A stretch of DNA of 64,000 nt from a virus (lineage: Duplodnaviria > Caudoviricetes), in the IMG/VR virus record IMGVR_UViG_3300031555_004728, positions 160,001 through 224,000 of that record, one strand, 5' to 3'. The notes beneath the pieces were generated by a model that did no database searches, was not told the origin of the DNA, and was given only the letters and a program-made list of their open reading frames with translations. Below, in pieces: positions 1 through 11,012 of this stretch; the first letter of the stretch is position 1; every line of letters begins with the position of its first letter. The translations under genes and the position numbers were made by a program.

Positions 1-3000
1 ACTTGTAACACTATTTCTATTTTTACCAGGATTTGTAGTACTGATAATATTATAACCAGCTTTAGTCCCCTTAACTGACCTATACCATTTATCTTTATCA
101 ACTACAAATTCAACTACAGTTTTTCCATTGTCATGACCCCATTTGTTACAACCAGGATCACCTTGGCTTTTTATATCAGCAATAATACCTTTAAGTACAC
201 TACCATCGGATCTATTAATGTCGATATAGTCACCTACTTGACCAAATGTATTTGTCGTAGCTACTGTATAGCGTCCATTAATTTTACCATAACCATTAGA
301 ATCGAAATTTTGACCAGCTGCTTCACGAAGTTTATATTGTTTTGATGTTTTAGATGTAATCATCTGCCATCCCATAAATGTATTACTTGTACCTAAATTA
401 GAAGGTAGTGTAACAGTTTCACCTTTTCTAGCAGTAGCATTTCCACTAGCAGCTGCATCTGAATTATCAGTAGTTCCAGAATCACCTGTTGTACCAGATG
501 TATTATCAGAAAATACTCCAGACCAATCATTATTCCAGTTACCAGTTGTTATACCAGTAATTGATCTATTTACCAATTCAGTAAGACCAGTTCCTATTTT
601 AGTTAAGAAATTACCACCAGAATTATTTGATGCTGTTGCAGAGCCATCATATGTTTCAGTGACAGAACCATCAGCAGGTACACTTACAATATTTGCTCCA
701 GGAGAACCAGGAGACCAAACTGTAGTGTATGATTTATAGGATGAACCTGTAGGTACTGATGAATTACAACTACTGTCACTACCACAATTGTAAACATAGT
801 GTTTTGAACCATCATTATATGCAAATATTTCAACGTGTCCAGATTTAGAAATAATATCACCAGGGTTCAAATCATTCCATGATGTAAATGCTCTAGATGT
901 GAATCCAGTAGATTTCATTGTAGAGTTATTTGAATCTGTTGTTAATGAGCTAGTAATATTTGTTTTATCACCTAAAACACCGTAGAATTTTAAACATGCA
1001 GCAACATAGCCGCTACAGTCAGTTCTAACACTAATCGTTTTTCCATCTAATGTTACATTTGTCCAATTAGATTGTGAATATCCTAATTTTTTAGCAGCTA
1101 ATGAACGTTTAACAGCCTGACAAATACCAACCCATTTCTGTCTATTTGTATATCCAGAATCAGTTGTCATTCCTGTTAATGTATTACCTGAACTATCTTT
1201 AACTATAACTCCTTGATTTTGTGGAGTGTTTGCTAAAATAGATGGTACAGTACTAGTTGTTGTAGGTAATTTTGGTGTAAATACATTATTCATCAACATT
1301 AAACCTGCTGATGGACCTCTACCACCAAATCCCCAAGCTGCTCCAGTTTCATTAACTATAGCATTTTTATTATAAACTCTACCCATTCCATCCATTGAGT
1401 TAGGGTCATTAATAATGTAATTTCCACTAGAATCTTTTCCAGTAGCAACCACATAATGACCTTGAGATGTATATGGTGTAGCATTGGTATTTCCGCTAGA
1501 TCTACCAGATAGAACAACTGGTTTTCCAGCATTTAATTGTGAATCGATAAATCCTGAAGATGGGTTTCTCTCCATCGTAGAATTTATACCATATTCATTT
1601 GCAGCTTTTCCAATACCATACCAATTAGTACCAGTTTCATCTCTAGCACCAATTCTTTGCATAGTTTTTGCTGCATCCATAGGGTCAATATTTAAGCCAG
1701 AACCAGACGCTGCCATTGCAAATGCTGCAGGTCCACATCCAGCATCAGCCATAGTCTCAGGACCACGACCACCCTGTTCATATTCCATTCCTGCCCATCT
1801 AGGATCTTTTTGTGAATAGAATGGTATTCCGAAGCCACCTTTTCCACCTGTTGTAGATTTCTTAGATGCTTCTTTTGATACTTTGGCATCAGATTTAGAT
1901 TCAGAATCTCCACCTTTACCCCAAAGTTTTTTCCAACCAGATTTAATACTAGCACCAAACTTAGCAAGTCCAGTTTTATTTTGATCATCATTATATTCTG
2001 CAAATCCTTGAGCGTCTGTATCAATTTCACCCTTAGCAACTTTTTTCTTATACTCTTCAAAAGTAAGCTTTGAATTTGGATGTTCTTCTTTATAAGTATT
2101 ATATTCTTTCTTAAGAACACTTTCCTTATATTCTTCCCAATCATCCTTAAGTTTCTTCTGTGAACCAGTTAACTTATCATCATCTTCCTTTTTAGAGATT
2201 GCTTTATAAAGCAAAGTTGCAGTTGCAGATAAAAAGTCACCACCAGTGATAGCACAATAAATTTCATTGATAACATCAATAATTGTACCTACTGTAGTTT
2301 CAGCAAAACCACCAAATGCTGCTGATATGATTTGCATCTTACCATCAACCACATCTTGTTGACAACGGAATAATCTAGCTGTACCACCTTTACCAGCATT
2401 ATTTAAAGCACCTACTGCTAAGAATAAACCATCTTTAGCAAGTACACCTAATGCTCCAATGCCAGTAGCAGCAACACCAGTTGTTACTCCTAAGAATGTA
2501 CCAAGTTTTGCTAATTTTTTCATAATCCAAGATTTAAGTTTTCCAAGCATTCCTTTCGAAATAGCTTCAATAACTTCATCTACATATTTAAGTGCTTTAG
2601 ATAAGATGGTTCCTACTTTACCACCTTTCATTTTACTAACGATAATTTCTCCAGCTTTTTGTAAGCCTTCTTTAATCATCTTACTAGCAGTTTGAAGTAT
2701 TGTAGTTTTTGCTGTCTTTTCAGCTGCAGCTTCAACTCCTTCTTCAGCAGCTTCTTTAACTACTGCTTTACTAGCTGATTTAGCAACCTTTTCAACTCCT
2801 TCTTCAGTAGCTTCTTTTCCTGCTTTAGCACCAAAATTCTTTAATTTTTTAAACATACCCGTTATACCTTTACGGTCAGGGTTTGTGGTATCTAATGCCT
2901 TATTAACGGCTTCAAGAGCACCGTCTACACCACCTTTGTTTTTCACATTAGCGGCAAGATCTTTAATCATTGTAAGTTGTGCAGATGCGTCAGTTTTCTT

Positions 3001-6000
3001 AAACATATTAACTGCACCATCTTTTAACATTCCTAATTTACCAGCACCATCAGCTTTAAAGAATTTACCAACAGTTTTTCCAGCATTAACGACAGATCTA
3101 CCTGCTCCAGCTATATTACTACCGATATTCTTTACAGTTTTGATTGGGTGTCTAATTAGTTGTCCAGCACCTTTTTTGAGAGTCCTTATTGGATGTAATA
3201 ACGCATTTGCTGTTTTTACATTTCCAGAATCTCCATTTAATATAAATTTACCAGCTTGTCGACCAGCTTTAGTGATTACTGATGATTGAGAATCCCATTC
3301 ACCATCTTCACCCAACAAGAATTTCTTAGGGTCTTTAAATATAGAAGACCAACGAGATGTTTGGTTTTCCATGTTTGTAGCAAAGTCTGCTCCACCTTCA
3401 TATCCATCATTTGTATAAACTTTAGATACTGTATCTATTTCATTCGCAGCAACTTCACCAGCATTTTTACCTAAATCACCTAATCCACTTAATAACTTAC
3501 TTAATAATTCTTGTACTTTCTCATTTGAAAGTAATTTAACTAATCCAGCTATAGCACCACCAGTAAGAAGAACTTTTCCTAATCCACCAAGTGAATCACC
3601 AAGTTTCTCTAAGAAACTCTTTTCTTTTTCTCCATCACCACCATTGCCACTAGTAATCTCATCATTATCAGATTTGATCATATCATAAGATACTAATGTA
3701 TTAGGTTTTTCAAGTGCTTTTTCAATAGTTGTTTTATTATCAGTAGAACCATCAAGTTTTGCAGATGTTCCATAAGTAACAATTGGACCATTTTGACCAA
3801 TTAAGTTAACATCTTGAACACCTTTATTTCTTGCCAATATTTCAGCAGCCTGTGATTCAACATCAACAACTTTAACTTTGATAATATCGTTATTCGATAA
3901 TACATGTTCACCACCAGAGAATCTTACAATTTCTGGTCCGTTTTCACCAACAACTGCAGCACCTTCTTTTGCATTTCCAGTACCAGTTGCATTATGTGGT
4001 ACGTTTGTACGGAGTATATCGTGAACTTTTGTTTTTTGTTTTTTACGATATTGGGATTTTGCTCTACCATGTTCTATTTTGGCAGCTTTATCATTTTCTT
4101 TATTTTTAGCAACCCAATCCTTATATACTTGATAAGCATCAAGACGTTCTCTAGCAGATTTACTAGGATTTCGTATGATTAATGCTTGGTTATACATAGG
4201 ATGATTTTGGTCATCTAAAATTTTACTTATTTCTTTTTTATCTTTCTTATTATCGTAACTGAACTGTGTGGTATAATCAGGATCATCAACAAATGGCATT
4301 ACAGCATCATTAAATGAATCAGTAAATGATTTACCAGCATTTGCTTGGGTTCCTCTCATTTCCAATTCTTTTTTAATTTTATTTTGTCGATTTTCACTTA
4401 ATTTATTAATACCTTTTTTAGTATAATCAATTGGAGCACCTAATACACCTTTTGCAACTTCTTGGAATGTGATACCTATCTTTTCAAGCCAAGATAACTG
4501 TTCATTCATAACTCCAAGTTGTTCAGTTTCAATTTTAACCTCTTCTGATTCACCTTCACCAGGTTTCTTAATACTTTCTACAGATAATAATCTTTGAACC
4601 TCCTCATCAGAAAGTCCCATCATACCTTTAGAATTTTTATATCCTCTGGTTTTCTTATAGCCTTCCATTGCAGCTTTAAGTGATTCTTCAGAAGCGGTAG
4701 AATATTTACCACCTGTAAGACTAGCAATTAATGCTTCTCTATTAATGGTATCACGACGTTCTTTACGTCTTTCAACACGACTCTTTTGTCTATCAAGTTT
4801 ATCTTGATGTCGTTCTAATCTAGTGTCACCACCATTATAGAACATAGTTTCAGCCATGTATTTTTCATAATCTTCAAATGATTTAAATTTTTTAGCTTCT
4901 TCTGGAGAAAGATTATTATAATCATCTTGAAGTTTAGCGTATTTATCTTTAAATTCATTTGTAGTACGGTATTTTTCACTAAACCATTTCTTTGAAGATG
5001 CTTTTCTATTTGAAGCTCTTAAAGCATTTAATGGTCCACGACTTACTTTAGGTTCTTTTTCATCACCCTTATCTTTTCTATTGAATACTTTCCCAATAAA
5101 ACCTTTAGCAGCACCAAAAGCTAACTTCATAGCACCACTTACAGCATTTTTAACTTTATCAAAAGTACCAGAAACTTTCTCTTCTACTTTTTCATAAAGT
5201 CTTCGTGTATATCCTGCAAGAGGTTCTGCTAAACTAACTAATGGGTCTAAAACCTTATCTATTATTGCATCTTTAGCTTTATCTAAAGTATTTGCAGCAA
5301 TTCCTGCTAATGGAGCAACAACAGTTTTAGATATTTGGGCACCAAGTTTACCTAATAAGCCTTTGTGTTCACCATCATCTTCCTCTTTACCAAAAAGAAG
5401 ATCATGGAATTTATTTTTAGATGCAATCATTGAGCCTGCTAATCCTAAAGCAGCACCACCAATAGGTCCGAGTGGAGTAAACATACTTAAAAGTAAACCT
5501 GCTCCAGTACCAATAGTGGCTCTTCCTGCTAATGCCTTAGCACGTTGTGTTGTATTGTCATCTTTTCCTTTTACATCAGAGAATGCTTTATTAAACGCAC
5601 CTAAAATACCACCGATACGTTTTTTCCTTCCACCTTCTCCTTCAACTTCTTTACCAAAAATAAATTCTTGGAAAGTTTTTGATTTTGTAGCCATTCCTAC
5701 TGCCGAACCAATTAATGCTCCAGCAATTGGACCACCAACCAAAGTTCCTAAGAAACCACCACCGGTTACTGCACCACCGATAGTTCCAATAGCAGCTGAA
5801 CCTACAATATGTTTCTTATTTTCTCTCATGAAGGTTTGTGTTTCTTTAGAAATTAAACCTCCACCTTTAAATTCAAATTCTCCAGTTTCTTCATTATATT
5901 CTTTACCAAAAATTAATTTTTGGAAAGCTTTTGATTTAGAAGCTATTGAACCTGCAGTTCCAATTAATGCTCCTGTAATAGGACCACCTATTAAACTACC

Positions 6001-8571
6001 AAGAATGCCACCAGATGCTATTCCTAAACCAACACCTGCTACAGCACCTTTAATTCCAGCATCAGCATTCTTTTGAACTTTTGTCTGTATTTCTTTTTTA
6101 ACATCATCTAAAGATTTTTCTTCACCAAATAGAGTCTTACTCCAATCAGATAATCCATTTTTAAGAAATCCTACTACAGAGTCTTTTCTACCAGTGCGTT
6201 TTCCTTCTTCATTTTTTTCTCCAAAAATGAATGATGTTACATCTTCTTTAACACCAGAAAATACTTCTGATATCTTTGATTTAAGACTAACTGCTTTTCC
6301 ATCTTTATCTGTACCAAATACAAATTTCTTTGCAGGTTCAAATATAGAATTATTTACAGTCTGTCCCATTGCTTTCACACCATCACCAAACATGGCACCA
6401 AATTCACCATATACTTTAGAAGGTTGACCCTTGATTATATAGTGCATTATTCTACCAAGTCTATCTTGTGTATTGGCAATAAATTGACCTTTTTGTTTTT
6501 TACCACCAATTGTAGTAGCATTATTACCTTGAGTTTGAGCTTCATCAATTAATTTCTGTAACTCTTCTGGTGATAAATCACTAGTATCTATTTCAGCATC
6601 AGATGCTACTTTAGCAGCACTGGTTTGCTGTTTAGATTCATTTCCACCTTCAGAAGAAGATGATGTTTTAGATCCGGATGTACTTCCATAAGGAGTATAT
6701 CCAGTAACTCTTACATTAATACCTCTATCAAGAAGAGTTTCAATACTGTCAATTTTTCCTAATAATGAATCAGGAGTAAATCTAGTTACCCTTGTACTTC
6801 TACCATCATAACCATACAATACATCAGCCATAGCTTCATCAATTGTTTGATTATGAGATGTGAGTATAGAAGCTATATCACTTGTATTTGACTCTTCAAG
6901 TTCAAGTATTCTGTCATTACGACTTTTCTTAGCATTTAGTCTAGCGCTATTAATATTAATACCACCGCGACCATGTTCGAAACTTGAATATACGGAAGCT
7001 TCTAAAATTCTTTTAAGACCAGCATCACCACTTAATGACCCTACAATTCTTGCGATATCACTATCAGCTCCACGCTTAGTGATATCAATTCTTTGAGCAT
7101 CATCTTTTTCTAATGCTAAATAAAATTTATTTAATAACTCATTAAAAGAATCTTTTTGTTTTTCAGAGATAATACTACTATCAGCAACTTGTCTTAATGA
7201 TTTACCAAAATCACTATTTTCCATTGAATATATAACAGATTCATTTATAGAACCCATTAGACCTTTTGTAAAGTCATCGTATCTCTGATATGTTCCAGTT
7301 TCCTTATTAAATATTTTAGAACCTCTTACTGCTTCATCAGGGTCTCCACCATTTAATCTAACTAAAGCACGTAAATAAGAGTTACTTTCTCTAAGATATT
7401 TAGGAATTTCTGCTGAAATAGCATGATGAACAACTCCATCAAAAACAGCAGCGTCATTTGTAACTTTACCTGCAGTATTAAACTTTTCTTTTCTTCCCAC
7501 ATTAATATCTAATGCTTCACCTAAAAATCGTTTAAATCCAGCAAAATTACCTTCTGACATTTTCAATGTCTCTGATGTTTTCATCAGCATTTCTGTAACA
7601 AAGTTACCAAATGTCTTATCAAGATTTTCAGTTGATTTCTTAACAGCCTTTGGTATTACACTATTCATCAAAGATGTTGTAATAATCTTTAATGGATTAG
7701 TAACGATTTGATCACCAAATGCAGATAGCATACTGGTAATTTGACCAGGCATTGTATTTTGATAAGCATTTGAAAAGTTTTGCTTTAATAATTTAGGTAA
7801 ATTTCCTAAATTAAGTTGACCTCTTCTATCAATAAGGTCTGCACCAGAAAGTCCAGCTTCAGGACGTTGTTTATCTCTAGGTGCATATACTTTTCCCATC
7901 ATTTCATAGAATGCCATACTAGAGCTAATAAACGATGACATATTATCATTATTATATTTAACTATAGCTTGCAAACTATTATTGATATTATTTAATGCAT
8001 TTAACGAAGCATCTGCATTCTTTTGATGCATAGCAAGCATTGCTGAAGAAGTTGCCACCATAGTATCAACTTGTGCTTTAGCTGATAATGCTTGTAATTT
8101 CGTTTGCTTAGTTATCGATTGATTGATCGAATTTAAACCTTCAGGATTAAAGTTTACGACAGCTTTAACTGACGATACTTCCGCTTCACTGGCATCATTT
8201 ATTTCACCAAAATTAACACTAGTAGTGGAGTCATCATCCCCTCCACCAAATCCACCTCTAGATGTATTATTGAAATTACCAGTTTTTAAATCTTTCATAA
8301 GATTATCTATTGCAGTCTTACCTGATTTAATAAACTGATTATTTTGTAAAACACTTGCCACATTTTTTTGGCTAACTCTAGAATTTGTTACGGCACGTTT
8401 AACTTGGGATGTAGAACTCACAGCACTGTAAATATTAGGACTAATATCTTGCAGTACGTCTACTGCGTTAGCTCCTAATGAACGTGTTGCATTTTTAAGC
8501 CATTGCGCATTTAGCTTAAATCCGTTCTTCTCTTTTAAGGTACTAGAAACTTTTATTTCTTTACCTGCCAT
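1..8571 (-). CDS. Giant tape-measure-like virion protein with C-terminal cell-wall-lytic domains (C39-like peptidase, NlpC/P60/CHAP-like); 3' end outside window
   Basis: ATG at 8571 (MAGKEIKVSSTLK) after GGAAGGGAAG RBS. The same frame is open where spot-checked, down to base 1 (...PGKNRNSVTS); probably missing from the ORF track because no stop lies in the window. Gly/Ala-rich repeats (GGPITGALIG) at ~5400-6060; YSQKDPRW...DAGCGP...GHY at ~1820-1450; RTDCSGYV...GHVEI at ~1025-830. Confidence 0.8.
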   Translation of the reverse strand, partial: MAGKEIKVSSTLKEKNGFKLNAQWLKNATRSLGANAVDVLQDISPNIYSAVSSTSQVKRAVTNSRVSQKNVASVLQNNQFIKSGKTAIDNLMKDLKTGNFNNTSRGGFGGGDDDSTTSVNFGEINDASEAEVSSVKAVVNFNPEGLNSINQSITKQTKLQALSAKAQVDTMVATSSAMLAMHQKNADASLNALNNINNSLQAIVKYNNDNMSSFISSSMAFYEMMGKVYAPRDKQRPEAGLSGADLIDRRGQLNLGNLPKLLKQNFSNAYQNTMPGQITSMLSAFGDQIVTNPLKIITTSLMNSVIPKAVKKSTENLDKTFGNFVTEMLMKTSETLKMSEGNFAGFKRFLGEALDINVGRKEKFNTAGKVTNDAAVFDGVVHHAISAEIPKYLRESNSYLRALVRLNGGDPDEAVRGSKIFNKETGTYQRYDDFTKGLMGSINESVIYSMENSDFGKSLRQVADSSIISEKQKDSFNELLNKFYLALEKDDAQRIDITKRGADSDIARIVGSLSGDAGLKRILEASVYSSFEHGRGGININSARLNAKKSRNDRILELEESNTSDIASILTSHNQTIDEAMADVLYGYDGRSTRVTRFTPDSLLGKIDSIETLLDRGINVRVTGYTPYGSTSGSKTSSSSEGGNESKQQTSAAKVASDAEIDTSDLSPEELQKLIDEAQTQGNNATTIGGKKQKGQFIANTQDRLGRIMHYIIKGQPSKVYGEFGAMFGDGVKAMGQTVNNSIFEPAKKFVFGTDKDGKAVSLKSKISEVFSGVKEDVTSFIFGEKNEEGKRTGRKDSVVGFLKNGLSDWSKTLFGEEKSLDDVKKEIQTKVQKNADAGIKGAVAGVGLGIASGGILGSLIGGPITGALIGTAGSIASKSKAFQKLIFGKEYNEETGEFEFKGGGLISKETQTFMRENKKHIVGSAAIGTIGGAVTGGGFLGTLVGGPIAGALIGSAVGMATKSKTFQEFIFGKEVEGEGGRKKRIGGILGAFNKAFSDVKGKDDNTTQRAKALAGRATIGTGAGLLLSMFTPLGPIGGAALGLAGSMIASKNKFHDLLFGKEEDDGEHKGLLGKLGAQISKTVVAPLAGIAANTLDKAKDAIIDKVLDPLVSLAEPLAGYTRRLYEKVEEKVSGTFDKVKNAVSGAMKLAFGAAKGFIGKVFNRKDKGDEKEPKVSRGPLNALRASNRKASSKKWFSEKYRTTNEFKDKYAKLQDDYNNLSPEEAKKFKSFEDYEKYMAETMFYNGGDTRLERHQDKLDRQKSRVERRKERRDTINREALIASLTGGKYSTASEESLKAAMEGYKKTRGYKNSKGMMGLSDEEVQRLLSVESIKKPGEGESEEVKIETEQLGVMNEQLSWLEKIGITFQEVAKGVLGAPIDYTKKGINKLSENRQNKIKKELEMRGTQANAGKSFTDSFNDAVMPFVDDPDYTTQFSYDNKKDKKEISKILDDQNHPMYNQALIIRNPSKSARERLDAYQVYKDWVAKNKENDKAAKIEHGRAKSQYRKKQKTKVHDILRTNVPHNATGTGNAKEGAAVVGENGPEIVRFSGGEHVLSNNDIIKVKVVDVESQAAEILARNKGVQDVNLIGQNGPIVTYGTSAKLDGSTDNKTTIEKALEKPNTLVSYDMIKSDNDEITSGNGGDGEKEKSFLEKLGDSLGGLGKVLLTGGAIAGLVKLLSNEKVQELLSKLLSGLGDLGKNAGEVAANEIDTVSKVYTNDGYEGGADFATNMENQTSRWSSIFKDPKKFLLGEDGEWDSQSSVITKAGRQAGKFILNGDSGNVKTANALLHPIRTLKKGAGQLIRHPIKTVKNIGSNIAGAGRSVVNAGKTVGKFFKADGAGKLGMLKDGAVNMFKKTDASAQLTMIKDLAANVKNKGGVDGALEAVNKALDTTNPDRKGITGMFKKLKNFGAKAGKEATEEGVEKVAKSASKAVVKEAAEEGVEAAAEKTAKTTILQTASKMIKEGLQKAGEIIVSKMKGGKVGTILSKALKYVDEVIEAISKGMLGKLKSWIMKKLAKLGTFLGVTTGVAATGIGALGVLAKDGLFLAVGALNNAGKGGTARLFRCQQDVVDGKMQIISAAFGGFAETTVGTIIDVINEIYCAITGGDFLSATATLLYKAISKKEDDDKLTGSQKKLKDDWEEYKESVLKKEYNTYKEEHPNSKLTFEEYKKKVAKGEIDTDAQGFAEYNDDQNKTGLAKFGASIKSGWKKLWGKGGDSESKSDAKVSKEASKKSTTGGKGGFGIPFYSQKDPRWAGMEYEQGGRGPETMADAGCGPAAFAMAASGSGLNIDPMDAAKTMQRIGARDETGTNWYGIGKAANEYGINSTMERNPSSGFIDSQLNAGKPVVLSGRSSGNTNATPYTSQGHYVVATGKDSSGNYIINDPNSMDGMGRVYNKNAIVNETGAAWGFGGRGPSAGLMLMNNVFTPKLPTTTSTVPSILANTPQNQGVIVKDSSGNTLTGMTTDSGYTNRQKWVGICQAVKRSLAAKKLGYSQSNWTNVTLDGKTISVRTDCSGYVAACLKFYGVLGDKTNITSSLTTDSNNSTMKSTGFTSRAFTSWNDLNPGDIISKSGHVEIFAYNDGSKHYVYNCGSDSSCNSSVPTGSSYKSYTTVWSPGSPGANIVSVPADGSVTETYDGSATASNNSGGNFLTKIGTGLTELVNRSITGITTGNWNNDWSGVFSDNTSGTTGDSGTTDNSDAAASGNATARKGETVTLPSNLGTSNTFMGWQMITSKTSKQYKLREAAGQNFDSNGYGKINGRYTVATTNTFGQVGDYIDINRSDGSVLKGIIADIKSQGDPGCNKWGHDNGKTVVEFVVDKDKWYRSVKGTKAGYNIISTTNPGKNRNSVTS

Positions 8572-8603
8572 ATTTTTAATCACTTCCCTTCCGTGAAGTT
8601 CAT

Positions 8604-8615
8604 TAACAAATTGTT
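8604..8615 (-). promoter_or_regulatory. Putative late promoter AACA-N6-TA
   Basis: AACAATTTGTTA on the minus strand, 33 nt upstream of the giant virion gene; the same motif precedes many structural genes. Confidence 0.55.
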
Positions 8616-8647
8616 TTTAGCCTCGAAAATTAGCGGAAAAAAGAAAA

Positions 8648-8679
8648 AAAGAAGATGAATCATATGATTCATCTTCTTT
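8648..8679 (-). terminator. Intrinsic terminator after dUTPase
   Basis: GAAGATGAATCA/TGATTCATCTTC inverted repeat flanked by A/T runs. Confidence 0.65.
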
Positions 8680-8690
8680 CATAATCAAAG

Positions 8691-9227
8691 TTATTTTTCA
8701 CCAGTAGAACCGAACCCGCCTCTTGAAGGGTCTGTCATACTTTCAACTTCTTTGAAATTGATTTTATTTTGCTTTTTAACAATTCTAAATTGAGCAATTC
8801 TAGCTCCTTTAGGAATAGCTGACTCATCTGTAGCAATAGCTCTGAGTTTCCATTCATCTTCTTCTCCACAAAAACTATTATCAATAATACCTTGTGAATT
8901 TTCCATCATAATATTATACTTTCTACAGGTACTACTTCTTGGTAAGAGATGTGCTTCATATCCTTTTGGAAGTTTCATAATAACTCCAAGTGGAATATCT
9001 CCTCTTTGACCTTTGTGTAGTCGTATATCTTTTGATGTTTTAAGATCGATCCAATCACCTTGTTCAATCTCTTCAATTTTCACATCGGGGTCAAGATATT
9101 TAATTTTGATAGTTTTTCTTTTTGAATCTTTAATTTTAAGAACTGTTAAAACTGTAGCAATAGTTGTTCCTACTGTGATAACGTAACTTATAACAACTGA
9201 GCAAAACTTTTTCATATTTTTTACCAT
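8691..9227 (-). CDS. dut: Trimeric dUTPase
   Basis: Motifs WIDL, PRSS, GIIDNSF.G, RIAQF and C-terminal RGGFGSTG; hydrophobic N-terminal extension, so the start is uncertain. Confidence 0.92.
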   Translation of the reverse strand: MVKNMKKFCSVVISYVITVGTTIATVLTVLKIKDSKRKTIKIKYLDPDVKIEEIEQGDWIDLKTSKDIRLHKGQRGDIPLGVIMKLPKGYEAHLLPRSSTCRKYNIMMENSQGIIDNSFCGEEDEWKLRAIATDESAIPKGARIAQFRIVKKQNKINFKEVESMTDPSRGGFGSTGEK

Positions 9228-9236
9228 CCTTTACTT

Positions 9237-9794
9237 TTATACCTGTCTTCTATTTGTAAGGTATTTAGGACAGCTTGATTTAACTGAAAGTACTTTATGT
9301 GCTTTCTTGGTAGTTTCAAATGTACCGATTACTTTTCCATCAGAAGGTGATTTAACTTCTGAAACTTTTACAGTTTCATCAACTTCTTTAAGAGCAATCG
9401 TTGCTGCAAAATCTTCTTTCTTAGGTAAATCGAATTTGTTACCTTCAAGGTATAACCAAAGAACCTCTGCGAAGAAATCATACATCCATCCAATATTTCC
9501 AACTTGGAAGTTTGGATCCTCAACAACAGATGATTCGTTAGCATCAATACCTGCACGTTCTACAAGACGTCTCATCCATTTTCTGAACTCTTGTCCACAT
9601 GCAATTTCTTTGTAACCTGCAAATTCACCTTTCTTAATAATTGCGACCTCTGATGAGAAATTTGGATCGCTTGCTGCTGCATTCAAAAGTCTTTCAAAAC
9701 TTGTTCTGTTGAAACGATTAAGTTTTCTTTTCCCTTTATCGTCAAGCTTTGCAGCGATGGCTGTTAAGACATCATTTACTGTTTCTTTTGCCAT
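9237..9794 (-). CDS. Hypothetical protein
   Basis: 185-aa ORF with GGAGG RBS. Confidence 0.8.
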   Translation of the reverse strand: MAKETVNDVLTAIAAKLDDKGKRKLNRFNRTSFERLLNAAASDPNFSSEVAIIKKGEFAGYKEIACGQEFRKWMRRLVERAGIDANESSVVEDPNFQVGNIGWMYDFFAEVLWLYLEGNKFDLPKKEDFAATIALKEVDETVKVSEVKSPSDGKVIGTFETTKKAHKVLSVKSSCPKYLTNRRQV

Positions 9795-9854
9795 TGTTAT
9801 TACCTCCTTATTTTTATTTATTGAAAATGCTTATAGCATTTACAATCATAAAAT

Positions 9855-9980
9855 TTAATGCCAAATACTTTTGACATCTTTTTTACTTCTTCTTTTTTTC
9901 AAAAGTTTTTCTAATGCTTCTGAAATATTGAAGTCTTCATATTTATCAGTGATTTTTTTGTTTTTCTTCTTTTTACTCAT
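9855..9980 (-). CDS. Small basic hypothetical protein (41 aa)
   Basis: MSKKKKKKITDKYEDFNISEALEKLL... with AGGTGA RBS, between co-oriented genes. Confidence 0.5.
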   Translation of the reverse strand: MSKKKKNKKITDKYEDFNISEALEKLLKKRRSKKDVKSIWH

Positions 9981-9998
9981 AATTTATCACCTTTCTTT

Positions 9999-10883
9999 TT
10001 AAACTACTGTGGTTGGAATAATTGAATTGTATTCTCTTGTATTTAGATATTTTATTATCTGAACGTATATGTAGTCTAAATAATCAAAACTATCCATTTT
10101 AAGAGTTCTATCGATTAATCCTAAATAACTATCAATAATATGTATAATTTTATCAGCGTCACTAATCTTTATAAAATTACCTACTGAATAACTCTTATGA
10201 GTATTAGTTATGAATTTACTAGTTACTACTGTTTTTTGATAGTCTTTTAACATTAAATCTCGTTTACTCATTTTAAATACATATCGTAATAAATCACATG
10301 AAAAGTTTCTCAAAACCCAAATACTTAAATCATCATTTGTAAAACCAGTATAAATTTCTGGTCTTCCAATATATACATTATAATTTATTGCATGTTTGCT
10401 TACATACTTAGCAAATATTGCTGTAATGAATACATGTGTTTGAGATCTATAAAAAGATACAAAATGTTTAAATCTCTTTTCATCAAAACTTCTATTTTCT
10501 TCAAAAAGTTGTATTCTTGATTTTATTAATTCTTTATATGAATCACTTAAATTATATAAAGTTAGATGATTATCTTCAATTGTAGTTAACATGGTTTCTG
10601 ATTGGTTTCCTGGATATTTTATTGAAACTCTTATATCCAGTATAGTTTTTCTTGGATACTTATTATAGAATTGAGCTATAACTGTATCAAGAATATACTT
10701 ATGTTTTTCTTTTGAAATTGATGATGTGCATTTAATAAGCATAGTATTTGTTGTAATATCGGAATTATTATCCAATATTTCAAAAATCAAAATTGCTGTT
10801 TTATCAAGGTCAAAATCTCCCATAGACCCTTTGATAATTGGTTTTTGTGCTTCTAATGCTGCTTTAAATTCTCTCCCTGTCAT
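9999..10883 (-). CDS. Hypothetical protein
   Basis: 294-aa ORF with AGGAGA RBS. Confidence 0.75.
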   Translation of the reverse strand: MTGREFKAALEAQKPIIKGSMGDFDLDKTAILIFEILDNNSDITTNTMLIKCTSSISKEKHKYILDTVIAQFYNKYPRKTILDIRVSIKYPGNQSETMLTTIEDNHLTLYNLSDSYKELIKSRIQLFEENRSFDEKRFKHFVSFYRSQTHVFITAIFAKYVSKHAINYNVYIGRPEIYTGFTNDDLSIWVLRNFSCDLLRYVFKMSKRDLMLKDYQKTVVTSKFITNTHKSYSVGNFIKISDADKIIHIIDSYLGLIDRTLKMDSFDYLDYIYVQIIKYLNTREYNSIIPTTVV

Positions 10884-10967
10884 ATTTTAAAATCTCCTTT
10901 TTATATAATACTAAAAATATAATATACTCTTATTTTTATTTATCTTTTACAACTATTAAATCATGAA

Positions 10968-10979
10968 AACATTCATTTA
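10968..10979 (+). promoter_or_regulatory. Putative late promoter AACA-N6-TA
   Basis: AACATTCATTTA upstream of 11013. Confidence 0.5.
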
Positions 10980-11012
10980 ATACGTAATTATAAGAAATGA
11001 GGGCATTAAGTT

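Noticed and set aside
133-8338. Plus-strand ORFs and the 1692..2144 minus ORF in the track
   Set aside because: Antisense or off-frame shadows of the giant minus-strand gene; no RBS and atypical composition.
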